A stretch of 64,000 nt of DNA from Oopsacas minuta (GCA_024704765.1 JAKMXF010000323.1:186001-250000); one strand, 5' to 3'. Shown: positions 25,566 through 38,369, counted from the first letter of the stretch. The notes: generated by a model not told the origin, from the letters alone. Made by a program: numbers and translations.

Positions 25566-26824
25566 TAGTTTCTGAAATAGTCTAAAACGAAATTTATAAG
25601 CAAAAGTCCACAAAATATGGCCGACATTCCCTAAAGTTTATGTGCATAAAAAATTGTTAAAGGTTCCCAACGTGGAACCCCTTGGATTCTTGCTCAGAAC
25701 ATGCTATAAATCAAGAAACCATCATAAAAACTTCCTTCTACGACAACTCAATTTTTACTCTCTGGCGATTGGACCAATACCCTTTACGCTTGTAATACAT
25801 TTTGACATCATATCTCTAAATATTTTTGCATAATGTTTAAAATGACCATATAAGGGCATATTCAAGATACGTCACTTGGTCAGTGATCTCATATCAAAAT
25901 GTATTACAAAGGTATGGGAAGTCTGGTATGTACTATATGTGTCAGAGGATTAGGACATAGGATTGAACGTTTTCAAGTTATGAGTGAATATTGGCAAATA
26001 TGCAATCCATGGTCACTACCATAACTCTTAAACGCGTAAACTTTATCATATCCCACGATCAAATTTCGTCATAAAATATGCAATAATAGACTGTTTATAG
26101 TGCTTCCAAATGAGGTATTTTTGGTAACATAATTCCGGATGTTGAAGTAGTAGCGTAGTCTCACCCTGGCACACACGGGAGTATGCCCTAGTGACTTCTT
26201 CTGTCGTCCTAGTACACATAATTGGTAGACCTTGTAAATTTAATTTTAAATAATTTAAGTTGATTTAGGATTTTAAATTAACCATTCATAGTACATAAAG
26301 CATTACATTTGTTACTATTTGATTGATGACGCGGATTACCCGTGGCCTAGTTATTTTACCAGTCTAGCTACGCCACTCGTTGAAAGTATATTGGTTGATG
26401 ATTTGTAGTTCTACATATCTGCAATACACATTAGTATGTTATGGTTTACTATATTCATTAATATAGCATATACATCTATATAAGGATCAATTCAAAAGTT
26501 TGAACTTCTGATTGACTGATTCAGCAACGATATATTTAGTCAAGTAGTTTATTGAAATCTTTACTTTCTAAATCAAGACAATAAACAGATGTTTCCCAAT
26601 TTTCGCTTAATTTATTTAGGGCATATCCGATAAATACATACTTATTCAACATCCGGAATTGCGAAATTCAATTTCAAAATAGCATACCATAAATCAATCC
26701 CTTGACAGAGACAAACCGACAGACACAGACAACGATTTAGTATTATAGAATATGCGAAATATACAAAAGTACATGTTGGAGTGGCAGTAGACTGATAGAT
26801 CTTGTATTATGCGCTTGTTTTAGC

Positions 26825-28363
26825 TTATTCAGCTAATCTGAATCGAATATTCAAATCTTCTTCCGGTTTCAAAATTATCACTGATACTCTTTTTGGTTCT
26901 TTGGATAATGATTCAATATCAAATTTATTGATTATCCTACCAATGCTAACAAGAAGCTCATTAAATGCAAATTTCTGTCCGATGCAGTTTCTATGCCCAG
27001 CTGAAAATGTTAGAAATGAGAATGGATGTCCACCTGGTAATTCACAATCAAAACGCATTGGGTTATATTCTAATGGGTTTTCCCATATATGAGGATTTGT
27101 ATGAAGGTTTCCAATTGAAATGACTAAGCTTGTACCTTTTGGTATAAAATACCTTTCCAAATGTATATCATCATTTGCCTTCCTGTAGATAGCGTAAACA
27201 GGCGGGTATAGTCTCATTGATTCTTTGATACACATTGTTAAAAAGGTTAGCTTAGGCAAATCCTCACATAAAAGTTGTTCAGATTTTCGATCTTTGAGAA
27301 CTTCCCTTACTTCTTCCCTGCACATTATTTGATATTTTTGGTGTAAACCCAATAAATGAAGAGTCCAGGATATCGCAGAGGCTGTAGTATCATGGCCTGC
27401 AAAAAGAAAAGTTGTCATTTCTTCTACAATTCCCTCATCTGTCAGTGCCTTTCCCGTTTTATCTTTCGAGGTTAGAATAATGTCTATGAAGTCTTTGCTA
27501 CGTCTAGTCTCAAATAGTTTCGGATTTTCAAGGACAAATTTCCTTCTAGATTGTACTACTTTCATACTTTGTTCTTTCACGATCCTGTTGTTCTTTCTCC
27601 ATGCAAAACCATGTGGAGAAAGGTAGAAAATTGGTCTGCAATGATACAGTAGTGTTGTGATTTGTTTATTAGTAAGCTCTGCATTAGCCTTTATAGCATT
27701 TACATATTTATCTTCCTCATTTCCGATTTGACAATCACTTTTGTAAGAACATACACATTGTAGCATTACATCCAGTGTCAATAAAGTTATACTTTCGAAT
27801 ATAGGTATAATGACTGCACCATTTTCCATCTTTTCCTCACACTTGCGTATAAATACTTCAACTATTTCGTTGTATAGTAGTACATATGGATTGAGAATCT
27901 CATAATGGAAGCCTGGAGTTAGCATCTTCCTTCTAGTTTGCCATTTATAAAAATTGGAAATGAGCAATCCATCTCCAAGATAAGGCCTTAAAGTACCGTA
28001 GATATAGTCATCCTTTGGTAGTAATGTCGATTTCATGCATAACAGATTACTTATCTCTTCTGGAAACGAAAAAATGATAAAGTACTTGAAAGGACCTAGT
28101 CGGGTGAGAATAAGTTTACTATCTGGATCGTGTAATATATAATTATAGGCATTTTGTAGTCCTTTTTCATTTGGTGGATATCTGTCTAAAGAACCCCAGA
28201 GTGGGTGGAGATAGGGCCCTGGTATCTTGTGAATTTCATTGAGGAACTTCCAATACAAATATACAGGACGAATACACGCAATGCATAAAGCACATAGCAA
28301 TAGTACAATAACAGTAATGACGTTGTTTATGTTTAGTGCTTCACTTATAAATTCATACTCCAT
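26825..28363 (-). CDS. Cytochrome P450, CYP4 clan (CYP4F-like), intronless, 512 aa from the first ATG
   Basis: N-terminal TM anchor and PGP hinge, WxxxR (KWQTRRKMLTPGFH), I-helix EEMTTFLFAGHDTT, KESMR (ExxR), YNPMRF, heme motif FSAGHRNCIG. The ORF is uninterrupted. The ORF-track start at 28372 is GTG; the first ATG is at 28363. Confidence 0.96.
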   Translation of the reverse strand: MEYEFISEALNINNVITVIVLLLCALCIACIRPVYLYWKFLNEIHKIPGPYLHPLWGSLDRYPPNEKGLQNAYNYILHDPDSKLILTRLGPFKYFIIFSFPEEISNLLCMKSTLLPKDDYIYGTLRPYLGDGLLISNFYKWQTRRKMLTPGFHYEILNPYVLLYNEIVEVFIRKCEEKMENGAVIIPIFESITLLTLDVMLQCVCSYKSDCQIGNEEDKYVNAIKANAELTNKQITTLLYHCRPIFYLSPHGFAWRKNNRIVKEQSMKVVQSRRKFVLENPKLFETRRSKDFIDIILTSKDKTGKALTDEGIVEEMTTFLFAGHDTTASAISWTLHLLGLHQKYQIMCREEVREVLKDRKSEQLLCEDLPKLTFLTMCIKESMRLYPPVYAIYRKANDDIHLERYFIPKGTSLVISIGNLHTNPHIWENPLEYNPMRFDCELPGGHPFSFLTFSAGHRNCIGQKFAFNELLVSIGRIINKFDIESLSKEPKRVSVIILKPEEDLNIRFRLAE

Positions 28364-28648
28364 CCGAAACACTTACTCTGATTACTCTATCTGCTCCTAG
28401 TTTTAAGGCTGTATTCATTAATTGTTATGAATTATATGGAGTATATCATTCTGATTCTTAGGCATATTAATGTATACTTTTTGTCAAAAGAGCTGTTCAC
28501 AAAGGCAAAACTTTTATTAGCTGAAATATGATATTTCAATTGCATCATGCGTATACTTGTGTATGTAATCCAAATTCACCAATAATATATCTATACTGTG
28601 CCAACTCTACTACTAGAGCATAATAGCATAGTATTGATAAGTTTCTTC

Positions 28649-28760
28649 ATATGAGGCAGTGGAATTTGAGCTTCTTTATATGAGGCAGTGGAATTTGTGT
28701 TTCATTAAATGAGGCACTTGAATTTGACAAAAACTGAGGTAGGGAATTGACCCAATCAAA
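28649..28760. repeat. Degenerate tandem repeat (~29-bp unit, about 4 copies) ~290 bp upstream of the CYP gene
   Basis: ATATGAGGCAGTGGAATTTG occurs twice, followed by AAATGAGGCACTTGAATTTG and TGAGGTAGGGAATTGA. Confidence 0.7.
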
Positions 28761-31340
28761 TTGGGATTACTCATTGGCAACTTTTTCATGCAGTTGAACC
28801 CGAAACTCTAATTAAAACAAAGAAACTCCCAATCTAACAACTCAAAAATGCGTAAAATAACTGGGCAACGCGAAGGAGCAAGCCTGACACTAATCCAAAC
28901 AGAATTACTGACTGTGGTAAGAAGAGTGAACTAAATTCAAAAATACAACAATTAGAAGCTTTAGAATTCACTAATTAATGATACTATTATGTGTTCTTTT
29001 GAATGGAAACCTAAGTTGTATAATACGCGTATAACGCATAATACGTTATACGTGATCTATTTGAAAGTATTATACGTCTAGGTTAATAACGAAATATTAG
29101 ATTTTGATATTGTTTGACTTGTATAAGTCACTTTACTATCAGGTATTACATAATTTGGTCAACTATGCTGAGATTACTCATTAACAATCCGAGAACTACT
29201 GTTTTGATGTTAATTATTCATCTCAGAAATCAGCCTAATAGAAGTTACGTCACCAAAAATTGTAGATTTAACGTATAATACGTCTTCATTGAAAGGCGTA
29301 TTAAACAACATAGATTTAAATTGTTTACAAATAAATCATTTGAAAGAAATTATGTGTAGGAATTGTACTCAAAAATACTACAATATTGTATCTATTAATT
29401 CTGTATTTATATATACGATCCTTTGACTCGTCGCTTCGCGATGAACTCGGTGCATTGCGCCTCGAGCTATTCAACAGACAAATAACAATTGAGATTTTAT
29501 AATATTAATGTTGTTTACAATATTCAGACTAAGCATACTCGAGTATACCAGTATAGTCGTTGAAAGTATGATTCTACCTCCATTTTGAAATTTGTTTACT
29601 TTATGTACCTTAAAGTAAGCAAATATTCACAATATGTTGTTTACATATTGACATCAGAACTAGTATCCTTTTATGAAACGTGACTCGCGAATTCTTCAGT
29701 AATATCAAGATTCGCATTGATTTATCATACAAACACAGCAACTTGTTTCGTATCATGGTAGTCGGTGCCTCTCATCTACTGCTATGGCCAAAACTCTAAT
29801 TGCTGCCACATTTTTTATCCAGTTCGAGTAGAAAGACTGATGTTAGCCAAAATATCCCTTTCCCGGACATACAATATACTGCTAGATACAATCCTTCACA
29901 AATTCATCATCTAGGCCGCAATGAACGGCTTCATTGATTCCTTTTACTAACAGCGAAGCTAACGCGTGTATTATTTTCAGCCTCTGTTCTATCTCTTGCG
30001 AAAGCCTTGTTGGTTAGTCAAGACCTTTGCAGAAATTCAATCTTATTCATAGTCCAGTAAGAGAAATTGCAAATCACAGAATGGCTCGTCAGATAGTGTC
30101 GTTATATGTTGCACTCGTGACCACAGCAACACACATTGATAATAAAAGGTATATTGGCTTTTCCATGCATGAAAAATGTATATGAGCCGCTTCGCTTGCT
30201 CGCTCTGCGCGGATTGCGAACGCTCAGTGTTCGCACGTAACTCGGCACTTTGTGCCTCAAATTTTGAAAAGAAAAACTCTATTATGTACAAATAAGTACT
30301 TTAAAAGTGCGAAACTCGGATTCAGTTTACTCTATCACTCGGCTAAAACAGTTGAAACCAAGTTTCTAAGGCAATTTATAATTGTGTACTTTATAAACCT
30401 AAAACACATCAAATTTTGACAATAAGTTGTTGGACGATATCATATGTACTGCACTACCTTAGTGTCACTGTATATGTAAGTTTGTTTATTTTAGAATCAT
30501 AAAGCAACCATAAATTTACACATGAGATCTCAAAGTGCGAAATTTCAAACCAATCGAAGATGGTTGGTGAACTCATTGGATGGTTAAACAAATGTTACAC
30601 GGATGCCATTGTTTACCCGAGAGTCCCAAACTTGTTTCTAAACACACTAGCCCCCCGTTTAGAACTCCTGGGCTATAAATCAGATATAATACAATTACGA
30701 ATATCATGGGTACTATCTTGCTATCACCAGCAGTCCTATTGGTTATAACTTACGAACCCCTTCGTTTGCTCGTGCTGTGGGTTGGATCTCCCATAGACTT
30801 TATGTTATTTCTGAGATCCGGGCAAATTCTAACTTCTGGGTACCCTCCGATCCAGCGCTGCCCTGATAAGAGAGGTTCGAGTGTATTACTATATTACACA
30901 TGTATAGGCGGTAGGACCTATTTTCTTAGAATATTTCAAGATTTCGTTTAATTGTTTACTCTATATTAATAAAAACAACAAATTAATATACATATGATTA
31001 ATTTCAAAAGTGTGAAAATCGTATTAACATATTCGATATGTTTAATCAAAAGTTTTATTGCATTACGTTTACTTTCTTGGTCAACACGATAAATGCCTGG
31101 TTATGCGATATCTCAGAATTAAGAAATTCCATAAATCCTTTGCTTGAAAACAAACAAACAAACACACAACTATTGCAATTTAATAATATAGATTATACCC
31201 GGTTGCTCGTAATACCGAGTAACTTCTACAGTAACTGGACAAATTTCTATAATCCAAGGTCTAAAGTTAAATATAGAGAAATGTAATTAACAAATTTAAC
31301 TATTTAGGTACACATAAAAGTACAAAACATTCACAGGATA

Positions 31341-32706
31341 ATGGAAGAAATATTTTTCTTATCAAATTCTATAGAGTGGTTTACACAAGGATTACAGATG
31401 AAACTGAGTAATATATTTATTGGATGGACATCAGGTGATTTTCTCGCGTTAATTTTAAGTGCGCTGTTTATCTGTCAAACTAACTACGAATTTTAGCTTA
31501 CCCTCTAAGGTTTCGGCATCTATGTAAACATACTATGCTGTCAGGCGTATGGAGCAAAACAATACAAACAAATAGGACTCTATTTCTACAGAGCTCTATT
31601 TATGTCAGCACTCACCTGTAAACCAGTATTCACAATCTTAATCAGCGTCCGTCCCATCGTCTACATGTTATTCCAGGATTCGGAGTTAGCTGAGTATAGT
31701 GGTAGCTACCAGATATTCTATCTTTCGGTTATCCTGCGTATTTGTACTATAAAATTAGAATTCGTTTCCTCAAGCATTGAACATAGTTCGGGGTCCTGCA
31801 ATATATCTTCTCATAGGAATAACTCTGAATGAAAACACAGTATATTCTCATCTTTCAGTACAACACGAGTACAAGGTGCAGCAGCTGGTTACGTCATAAG
31901 TAATTACTGAATTGCACTGTTAGTATTCTCACACAAACAAGTCTCTCATGGACACAATAAAATTTCACATGAATGGAGGATTAAATACATTTCTAACTGG
32001 TATCATACTGGTAAATAAGTTATTGTTACATTATTTCAAACTGTGCTAGGGACTGGATTAGCTACACTTGGGATAAAATGCATAGGGGTGATAGTAGACA
32101 ATAAAAGACAGCTGGCTATGAATCGGCTGATTCTGTCCTACGATTATTCCGAGTTCGGACACAAAAAAACCAAAAACCACAAAAAACAAACAAAAACAAA
32201 CAAAACATATACCATAAGCTGACACACACAAATCCCTGAATACGCAATAACGTAAAAAACAAACCCTCAGACAAAATACGACGATGGATAATACGAATAC
32301 AAACTCCCTGACCCATAATGTAGCGAACTATAATACCTAATCCCTCCCAATGGTCTTGGAGGGACTGATATTGGTAATAATGAAGAACTCACAATATAGA
32401 CAGTTTCAATGGAATCTAATTTACTTTAGGAAAGATTCCGAACTCAGAATACTCGTAAGACAGATTCCGAACTCAGAATACTCGTAGGACAGATTCAGCT
32501 TTCCCCTGGCTATATACAAAATTATGTGCTCGATTTGGTGGATCATCTCGACGTGTACGGCAGGTTTTTTCGGAACTATAACAGTTCGCGTAGGTCACTT
32601 GTTAGGTACTGGTCAACCAAAGAGAGCTAGAAAAGCATCAATATTGGGCTTGATCGTCGCACAGTTAACTGTATTATGTCCGCAAATACAACCGCCATTT
32701 GTATAA
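31341..32706 (+). pseudogene. MATE/SLC47-family transporter pseudogene, apparently intronless, with frameshifts, stops and an insertion at about 32110-32490
   Basis: Fragments ILCCQAYGAKQYKQIGLYFYRAL, GAAAGYVISNY and TITVRVGHLLGTGQPKRARKAS occur in MATE order. Confidence 0.85.
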
Positions 32707-33610
32707 ATAGTTTATTTTACTCTCCGTTTGTGAATTGAACTTTTTACGGTAAAAAATGTAAAGAATCAGTTAAGACTACCTAAAAATTTCAAACTGCCAT
32801 CCTCGTCCTCGTTTAGGCACTTCAACTCATAACATCAAAATTCACGTTAAAGATGGATTTATCTTGAGTGTGAAATACATGAATGAATTCAAATAATTTC
32901 AACATAAATTTAAATTAAATGCATTTTTTACAAAAATATGCAAAATAGTAAACTAATATAAATGCTATCATCATTGCATAAGGCTTTTCAACTTTTTAGG
33001 TAGTCTTAACTGATCCTTACATCTTTTGCCCTAAACAGTTCAATTCACAAACTTTGAAGGGTTAATTTAACTTTTATTAGATTATGAGCCTCTCTTATTT
33101 ATTCGTTGCTCGGCTACTTTCCTATCTGTATGAAATAGTAGCCTATGGGTGAGTATGCGGAATTTTCACTATTTCTAAGGTTAAAATAGGGTTTCGTTCT
33201 AAAAGAATGTCCAGAATTCAGAATAATGGGGTGGTCGGAATTCTGAAATAGATTATTGTTAATGTAAATAGTAAATCGAACGGGACTTTGAAAAGTGGCC
33301 GCTATCCAAAAGTGGCAATTAAGCGGGGTAAACGTATTTTGATTCAGTTTCTGAATGGCATACGCTTTCCAAAAAGGTATGACACTCCATTCTTCTAAGG
33401 AAATCGCGCGGAGACAACTTTTGCGACAATTCAGCCTGCACACTAAACCCAAACATATTTAACGAATATAATAACATTTTCATCTATAGTAGTGTATCTA
33501 TTTACTATTAATTTTATAATATAATTTTCCATCGATAATATTTATCAAGTATTGTTAAGCGTTTGACTTTTAGATTGGGATCTATAAGTCAATTACAAAT
33601 AACATTCTCC

Positions 33611-34674
33611 ATAGCCTACTAAATATAAGGCCTAACAGTAAAAGTACCAGGGACGAAGTATTAGCTGAAAGCATTTATCTACACGGTTTCTTTATTGTAG
33701 AAAAGGTGCATTTTTGCCTGAATAAATGTTTTGTAGATTTATAGGACATCAAATTTTACACAAATAAATGGTAAAAACTTTTAGGAATGTGTAAAAATAT
33801 GTCTCTAGTAAGCATTTATTTAGCAAAATATGTTATTCTTTGATGCCTTGTAGAACGTTAAATATTGCATTTATCAACTCAAAGTGAATAAATGAAATGA
33901 TCTATAGATCCTTTTATACAAAATGTCAAAAGTTTGTCATTCAAAAGTTGCCTCGTTGTTGAGTTAAGGTAGAGACCATGGATGACAAGTTTTTATGAAT
34001 ATTCAATTATAACTCGAGAATCATTAAAATTATCGTAAAATCAGGATAGGCAATTTATACTATTTACCCGACTTCCCATACCCTTACAATACATTTTGAT
34101 ATGATATCTCTCACCAATGTGACGATGCCCATATATGGTCATTTTCAATATTCTGCAATACTCTTCAATTATTTCATATCAAAATGTATTGCAAGGGTAT
34201 GGGAAGTCGGGTAAATAGTATAAATTGCCTATCCTGATTTTACGATAATTTTAATGATTCTCGAGTTATAATTGAATATTCATAAAAACTTGTCATCCAT
34301 GGTCTCTACCTTAACTCAACAACGAGGCAACTTTTGAATGACAAACTTTTGACATTTGTATAAAAGGATCTATAGATCATTTCATTTATTCACTTTGAGT
34401 TGATAAATGCAATATTTAACGTTCTACAAGGCATCAAAGAATAACATATTTTGCTAAATAAATGCTTACTAGAGACATATTTTTACACATTCCTAAAAGT
34501 TTTTACCATTTATTTGTGCAAAGTTTGATGTTCTACAAAATGTAATACATTTATTCAGCCAAAAATGCATTTTTCTGCAATAAAGAAACTATGTCTATAA
34601 ATGCTTTCAGCTAATACTGCATCCCTGGTGCCAAAAATTCGAGTTACTGTTAGGCCTTATGTTTAGTAGGCTAT
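33611..34674. mobile_element. Foldback (MULE-like) non-autonomous element with ~495-bp inverted arms and a ~69-bp spacer
   Basis: Termini ATAGCCTACTAAA and TTTAGTAGGCTAT, flanked by ACATTCTCC and GCATTCTCC (9-bp TSD with one mismatch). Inner arms 33759-34104 and 34174-34518 are near identical. Confidence 0.88.
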
Positions 34675-35464
34675 GCATTCTCCTATTGTCAGTAGTTGGG
34701 TAGGAAATAAGCTGCTAACAATATTCGCTAATATTGATAATTGCGGCAGAGTGGACTATAGGTTACTATTGGTGATCCATTAACCATCTGATAAACGCCC
34801 CTTTCAAACCATAGGCTCCTCATACGTGGGCCAGGGGCCCTTATAATCGAGGTTTCCTTGCAAACACGAGATTTTTGTAAGCATGGGTCCCCTTTTAAAC
34901 ACTGCACCCATTAAGAACTTCCCAATTAAATTGTATTCTTAGGGTTCTGTTGATCTGGCCGAATTAAATGAGATCCACTGTGCGACGATTAAGCCCCAGT
35001 TCCTACGGATTCTCATAATAGATAATAGTATGTCTATGACAATATACTAGTGATTTTTCAGGATTTCTCATAAGATTTCCACATCAAAATTTGTATATAA
35101 ATTCAAAAAATTAGTAATGCAAATGTGGTAATCCCATCAGAATTCCTCATGATGTGTCCTGAATTCTTTAGTGCATTCCCTTGGTTTTGTCCATTAACCA
35201 GATTACTATGAATTCTCCACAGCATATAGATTCATTTCAGTAAATTCACATGGTATTATACAGATACTGTAATAAGAAAACACCCGAGAAATGCATTTTA
35301 TGAACCCGCAGTGAATATCCTGATTTTATAAAAATACACCCTTTAATATAATAATTTGCATTTTGAACTTTTTGAGACCAATCAGCGTTACTTAAATGTC
35401 ACATGCTAGCCTTGGTATTTTGAAATTTAAAAAGTTTGATTTTTGTATTTATACTAAACACCGG

Positions 35465-38369
35465 TGTAACAGCCTAGATTAGCCTCCCCACCCAGTTTAA
35501 CCCCGGGTATAGTCTGGGCTAGCCTAGATTAACCCCCAGGTATAAACTGGGCTAGGCCAGATTAAGCCCCGGGGTTAATATAGGCTAGCCCAGAGTATAC
35601 CCTTTAGCCCAGATTAACCCCCAGAAGGGGGGTTAATCTGGGCTAGCCTAAATTAACCCCAGGTATAGTCTGGGCTAGCCCAGATTCTACCCCTGAGTTA
35701 ATAGTCAACAAATTATGATGTTATCTGCTTGTAGAATACAAGTGATGTGTGTGGCGGTGACACTTACAATGTCTATATTAGTGTTTCAACTATTATAAAT
35801 ATACTAGAAGAGCATATGTACTTATTTGATCTATCAATTATATTTACTGCATTGTTTTGATGGATGATCAACTCTACAATCAAATATTGCATTTTTTTAT
35901 ATCCAACGAAAACAAATATCCAGGAGAGATCTATAAACTTCCAGCTGAAAAACGAGTCAATGCGAAATCACAATTCAGACAAACTGTTAAGCCATATACT
36001 TTGAAGGATGGGGTTCTGATGCATGCTGAAAAGCAAGTGTTACGAAAAAGTGGAGTGGACGCAGTACTTAAAATGTGTCATGATAACCCTGTAACCGGTG
36101 GTCATTTTGGTCGTGACAAAACCTACCAAAAGATCGCATCAAGATTCTACTGGAAAGGTAAATATTTACTAATACTTAATTTAACATTCAATCCGGGAGC
36201 AAACTTTCGCACTCAATGGGTAACTCAATGCCACTGTTGGCATATTAAAGCTTAAGTAAATTCCTTAATTAGGCGATGAAACTTACCTACAATCAATTGT
36301 TAGACCGTTGTTAATACATTTGGGTTTATTTTTTCAATAGATGTTGTCAAATTCCCAAGATTTGGAATTGTAAACAAATTTCACAAAGTTTCATGATTCC
36401 CAAATGTATTCTTTAGGTATGAAGCAAGAAATTGAAATATATTGTAAACAATGCATCAAGTGTTTTGAAGTCAACCCAAAACTTAAGATGGACCGTCCTC
36501 CACTGTCTTCGATACGCGTACCATCTCAAGTATGGAGTCTTGTAGGAATTGATCTCATCGGGCCCTTACAGGAGTCTACAAGTGGCAACAAATATATTGT
36601 AGCTATTTCAGACCACTTTTCCAAGTGGTCAGAAGCTAGTGCCATTCCTGACAAAACTTCTAAATCTGTAGCTGATTTTCTATACCTAGTAGTTTGCAGA
36701 TTGGGATGTATGGACACACTTATAAGTGATCAGGGAAGAGAGTTTGTGAACGAAGTTATTGATTATCTCCTTGACATTCTGCAGACTGAGCATCGAATTT
36801 CTTCTGCTTATCATCCTGAAACAAATGGACAACGGGAGAGAGATAACCGTACCCTGAAATCTGCATTGGTGAAATTGGTAAATGAAAGAGGTGATGATTG
36901 GGATATGTATATCCCAGGAATACTATTTGCTTATCACACAAGCATTCATGCTTCTACGAAATGTACTCCATTTCAAGCGATGTATTGTCGTAGTGCGAAG
37001 CTACCAATTGATTTATCCATTAAACCTCCAAAATCAATTGAGCAGGCGAATCCAAAAGTTTTACAGGCGTTTGGCATGATGCGTGAAGCTATCAACGCCA
37101 AAATTGATCTTAATATCACAAACGCGCAGAAACACCAAAAACGCAACTTTGATAACCGTCATTCTAATAGTAAAGTGTTATCACCTGGCGCAACTGTGTA
37201 CATAAAAAACAGCAAGCAAATACATCGAATGGGATCGAAAATGGAACCACGCTGGATAGGTCCTTACAAAATCATTGAGTTGCTAGATAAAGGACGTGCA
37301 ATCCTAGAGAATATTAACACAGGTAAGAAACTAAAAAATATATATAATATTGCAAATTTTAAGGTTTATGATACAGATAACAAAGATGAAGATGCTAAAT
37401 CAATGAAAAAGAAAACAATTTCAATATCACATTCCAAGATTAAGAAACTAGAGTGTAAGGATGAGCTAGTTTTAACTGGAGTTAAACAAGGAGTCAAACA
37501 ATTCAACCCAAACAGACTGTTTTCTCCAATTTCCGCTGATTCTAGAAAAAATGTTGCCAAAGTTCTCAACTTGAACATATGCAAGACCCAATACTTTGGA
37601 AAACCTGGCTTCCTATCTAAACCCGCGCGGATATACAGAACTAAAGGTGATGGTAATTGCTATTTCCGATCAATAAGCTACATCCTAACAGGTTCAGAAG
37701 ATAGCCATATTATAATTCGTAATAAAGTCGTCCATCACATGTGTGGTAGTTTGAGTGAAACACTAAGAAAGTATCTTTCTCAAACGGTTGCCAATTATGT
37801 CAGCGAAAGTGCCATTGACTCCAGTGGTGTTTGGGCAACCGAGGCAGAAATACTGGCCACAGCTAATCTTATTCAACATGATATCGTTGTGTATGCAAAG
37901 AGTGGGGATTCAATGGAATGGCTTACATACCCTGCATCTTTTACATTGACAGAAACAACAGAAACTGCATTGTATCTGGAAAATTTAGCTGAACACTTCA
38001 ACATAGTCATTAATATACAATGATACTAGAAACATAGACAATATTTTCCTATCTGTTCATTAGTACCATAGATTCATTATTGTATTAGCAGATGATTTAA
38101 AAGAACTATTAATCACTATAATCTCATTGGAAATATTTACACAGGGTATAAACTAGGCTAGGCTAGTTTATACCCAGGGGGTTAATTTGGGCTAGGCTAG
38201 TTTATACCCAGGGGGTTAATCTAGGCTAGGCTAGTTTATACCCTGGGGGTTAATCTAGGCTCAGAAGGTATAATCTGGGCTAGCCCAGTTTAAACCCTGG
38301 GGTATAATCTAGGCTAGCCTAGTTTATACTCGGGTATATTCTGGCGGGAGGTTAATCTAGGCTGCTACA
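35465..38369 (+). mobile_element. Ginger1 DNA transposon (Gypsy-type integrase), 2905 bp, apparently intact
   Basis: Termini TGTAACAGCCTAGATT...AATCTAGGCTGCTACA, 4-bp TSD CCGG on both sides (35461-35464 and 38370-38373), TIRs with arrays of ~33-bp subrepeats, and a single integrase-OTU gene with no RT, RNase H or LTRs. Confidence 0.93.
35860..38023 (+). CDS. Ginger1 transposase, join(35860..36157,36417..38023), 634 aa: H2C2 zinc finger, D,D35E integrase core, GPY/F motif, C-terminal OTU protease
   Basis: A GT-AG intron at 36158-36416 (phase 1) joins ...CHDNPVTGGHFGRDKTYQKIASRFYWK-G-MKQEIEIYCKQCIKC, restoring the HHCC domain. Also VGIDLIGP, LISDQGREF, NGQRERDN, WIGPYKI, and OTU motifs KGDGNCYFRSIS, WATEAEI and EHFN. 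Confidence 0.92.

Noticed and set aside
32429-32495. 30-bp tandem duplication and the A/C-rich tract at 32160-32205 inside the MATE pseudogene
   Set aside because: Ordinary slippage products within an inserted repeat; no sign of function.
34930-35200. Possible Merlin/IS1595-like transposase trace on the minus strand (ELGLNRRTV)
   Set aside because: Only a few residues resemble the motif, amid many stops; too weak to call.
35465-35700. CRISPR-like array (also 38145-38369, 6920-6994, 28649-28760)
   Set aside because: The units abut one another with no unique spacers, no cas genes are present, the context is eukaryotic, and most are explained as transposon subterminal repeats.
35465-38369. Gypsy LTR retrotransposon interpretation of the integrase
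   Set aside because: There is no RT, RNase H, gag or LTR. The ends are inverted repeats with a 4-bp TSD and the gene has an intron, which fits Ginger1.
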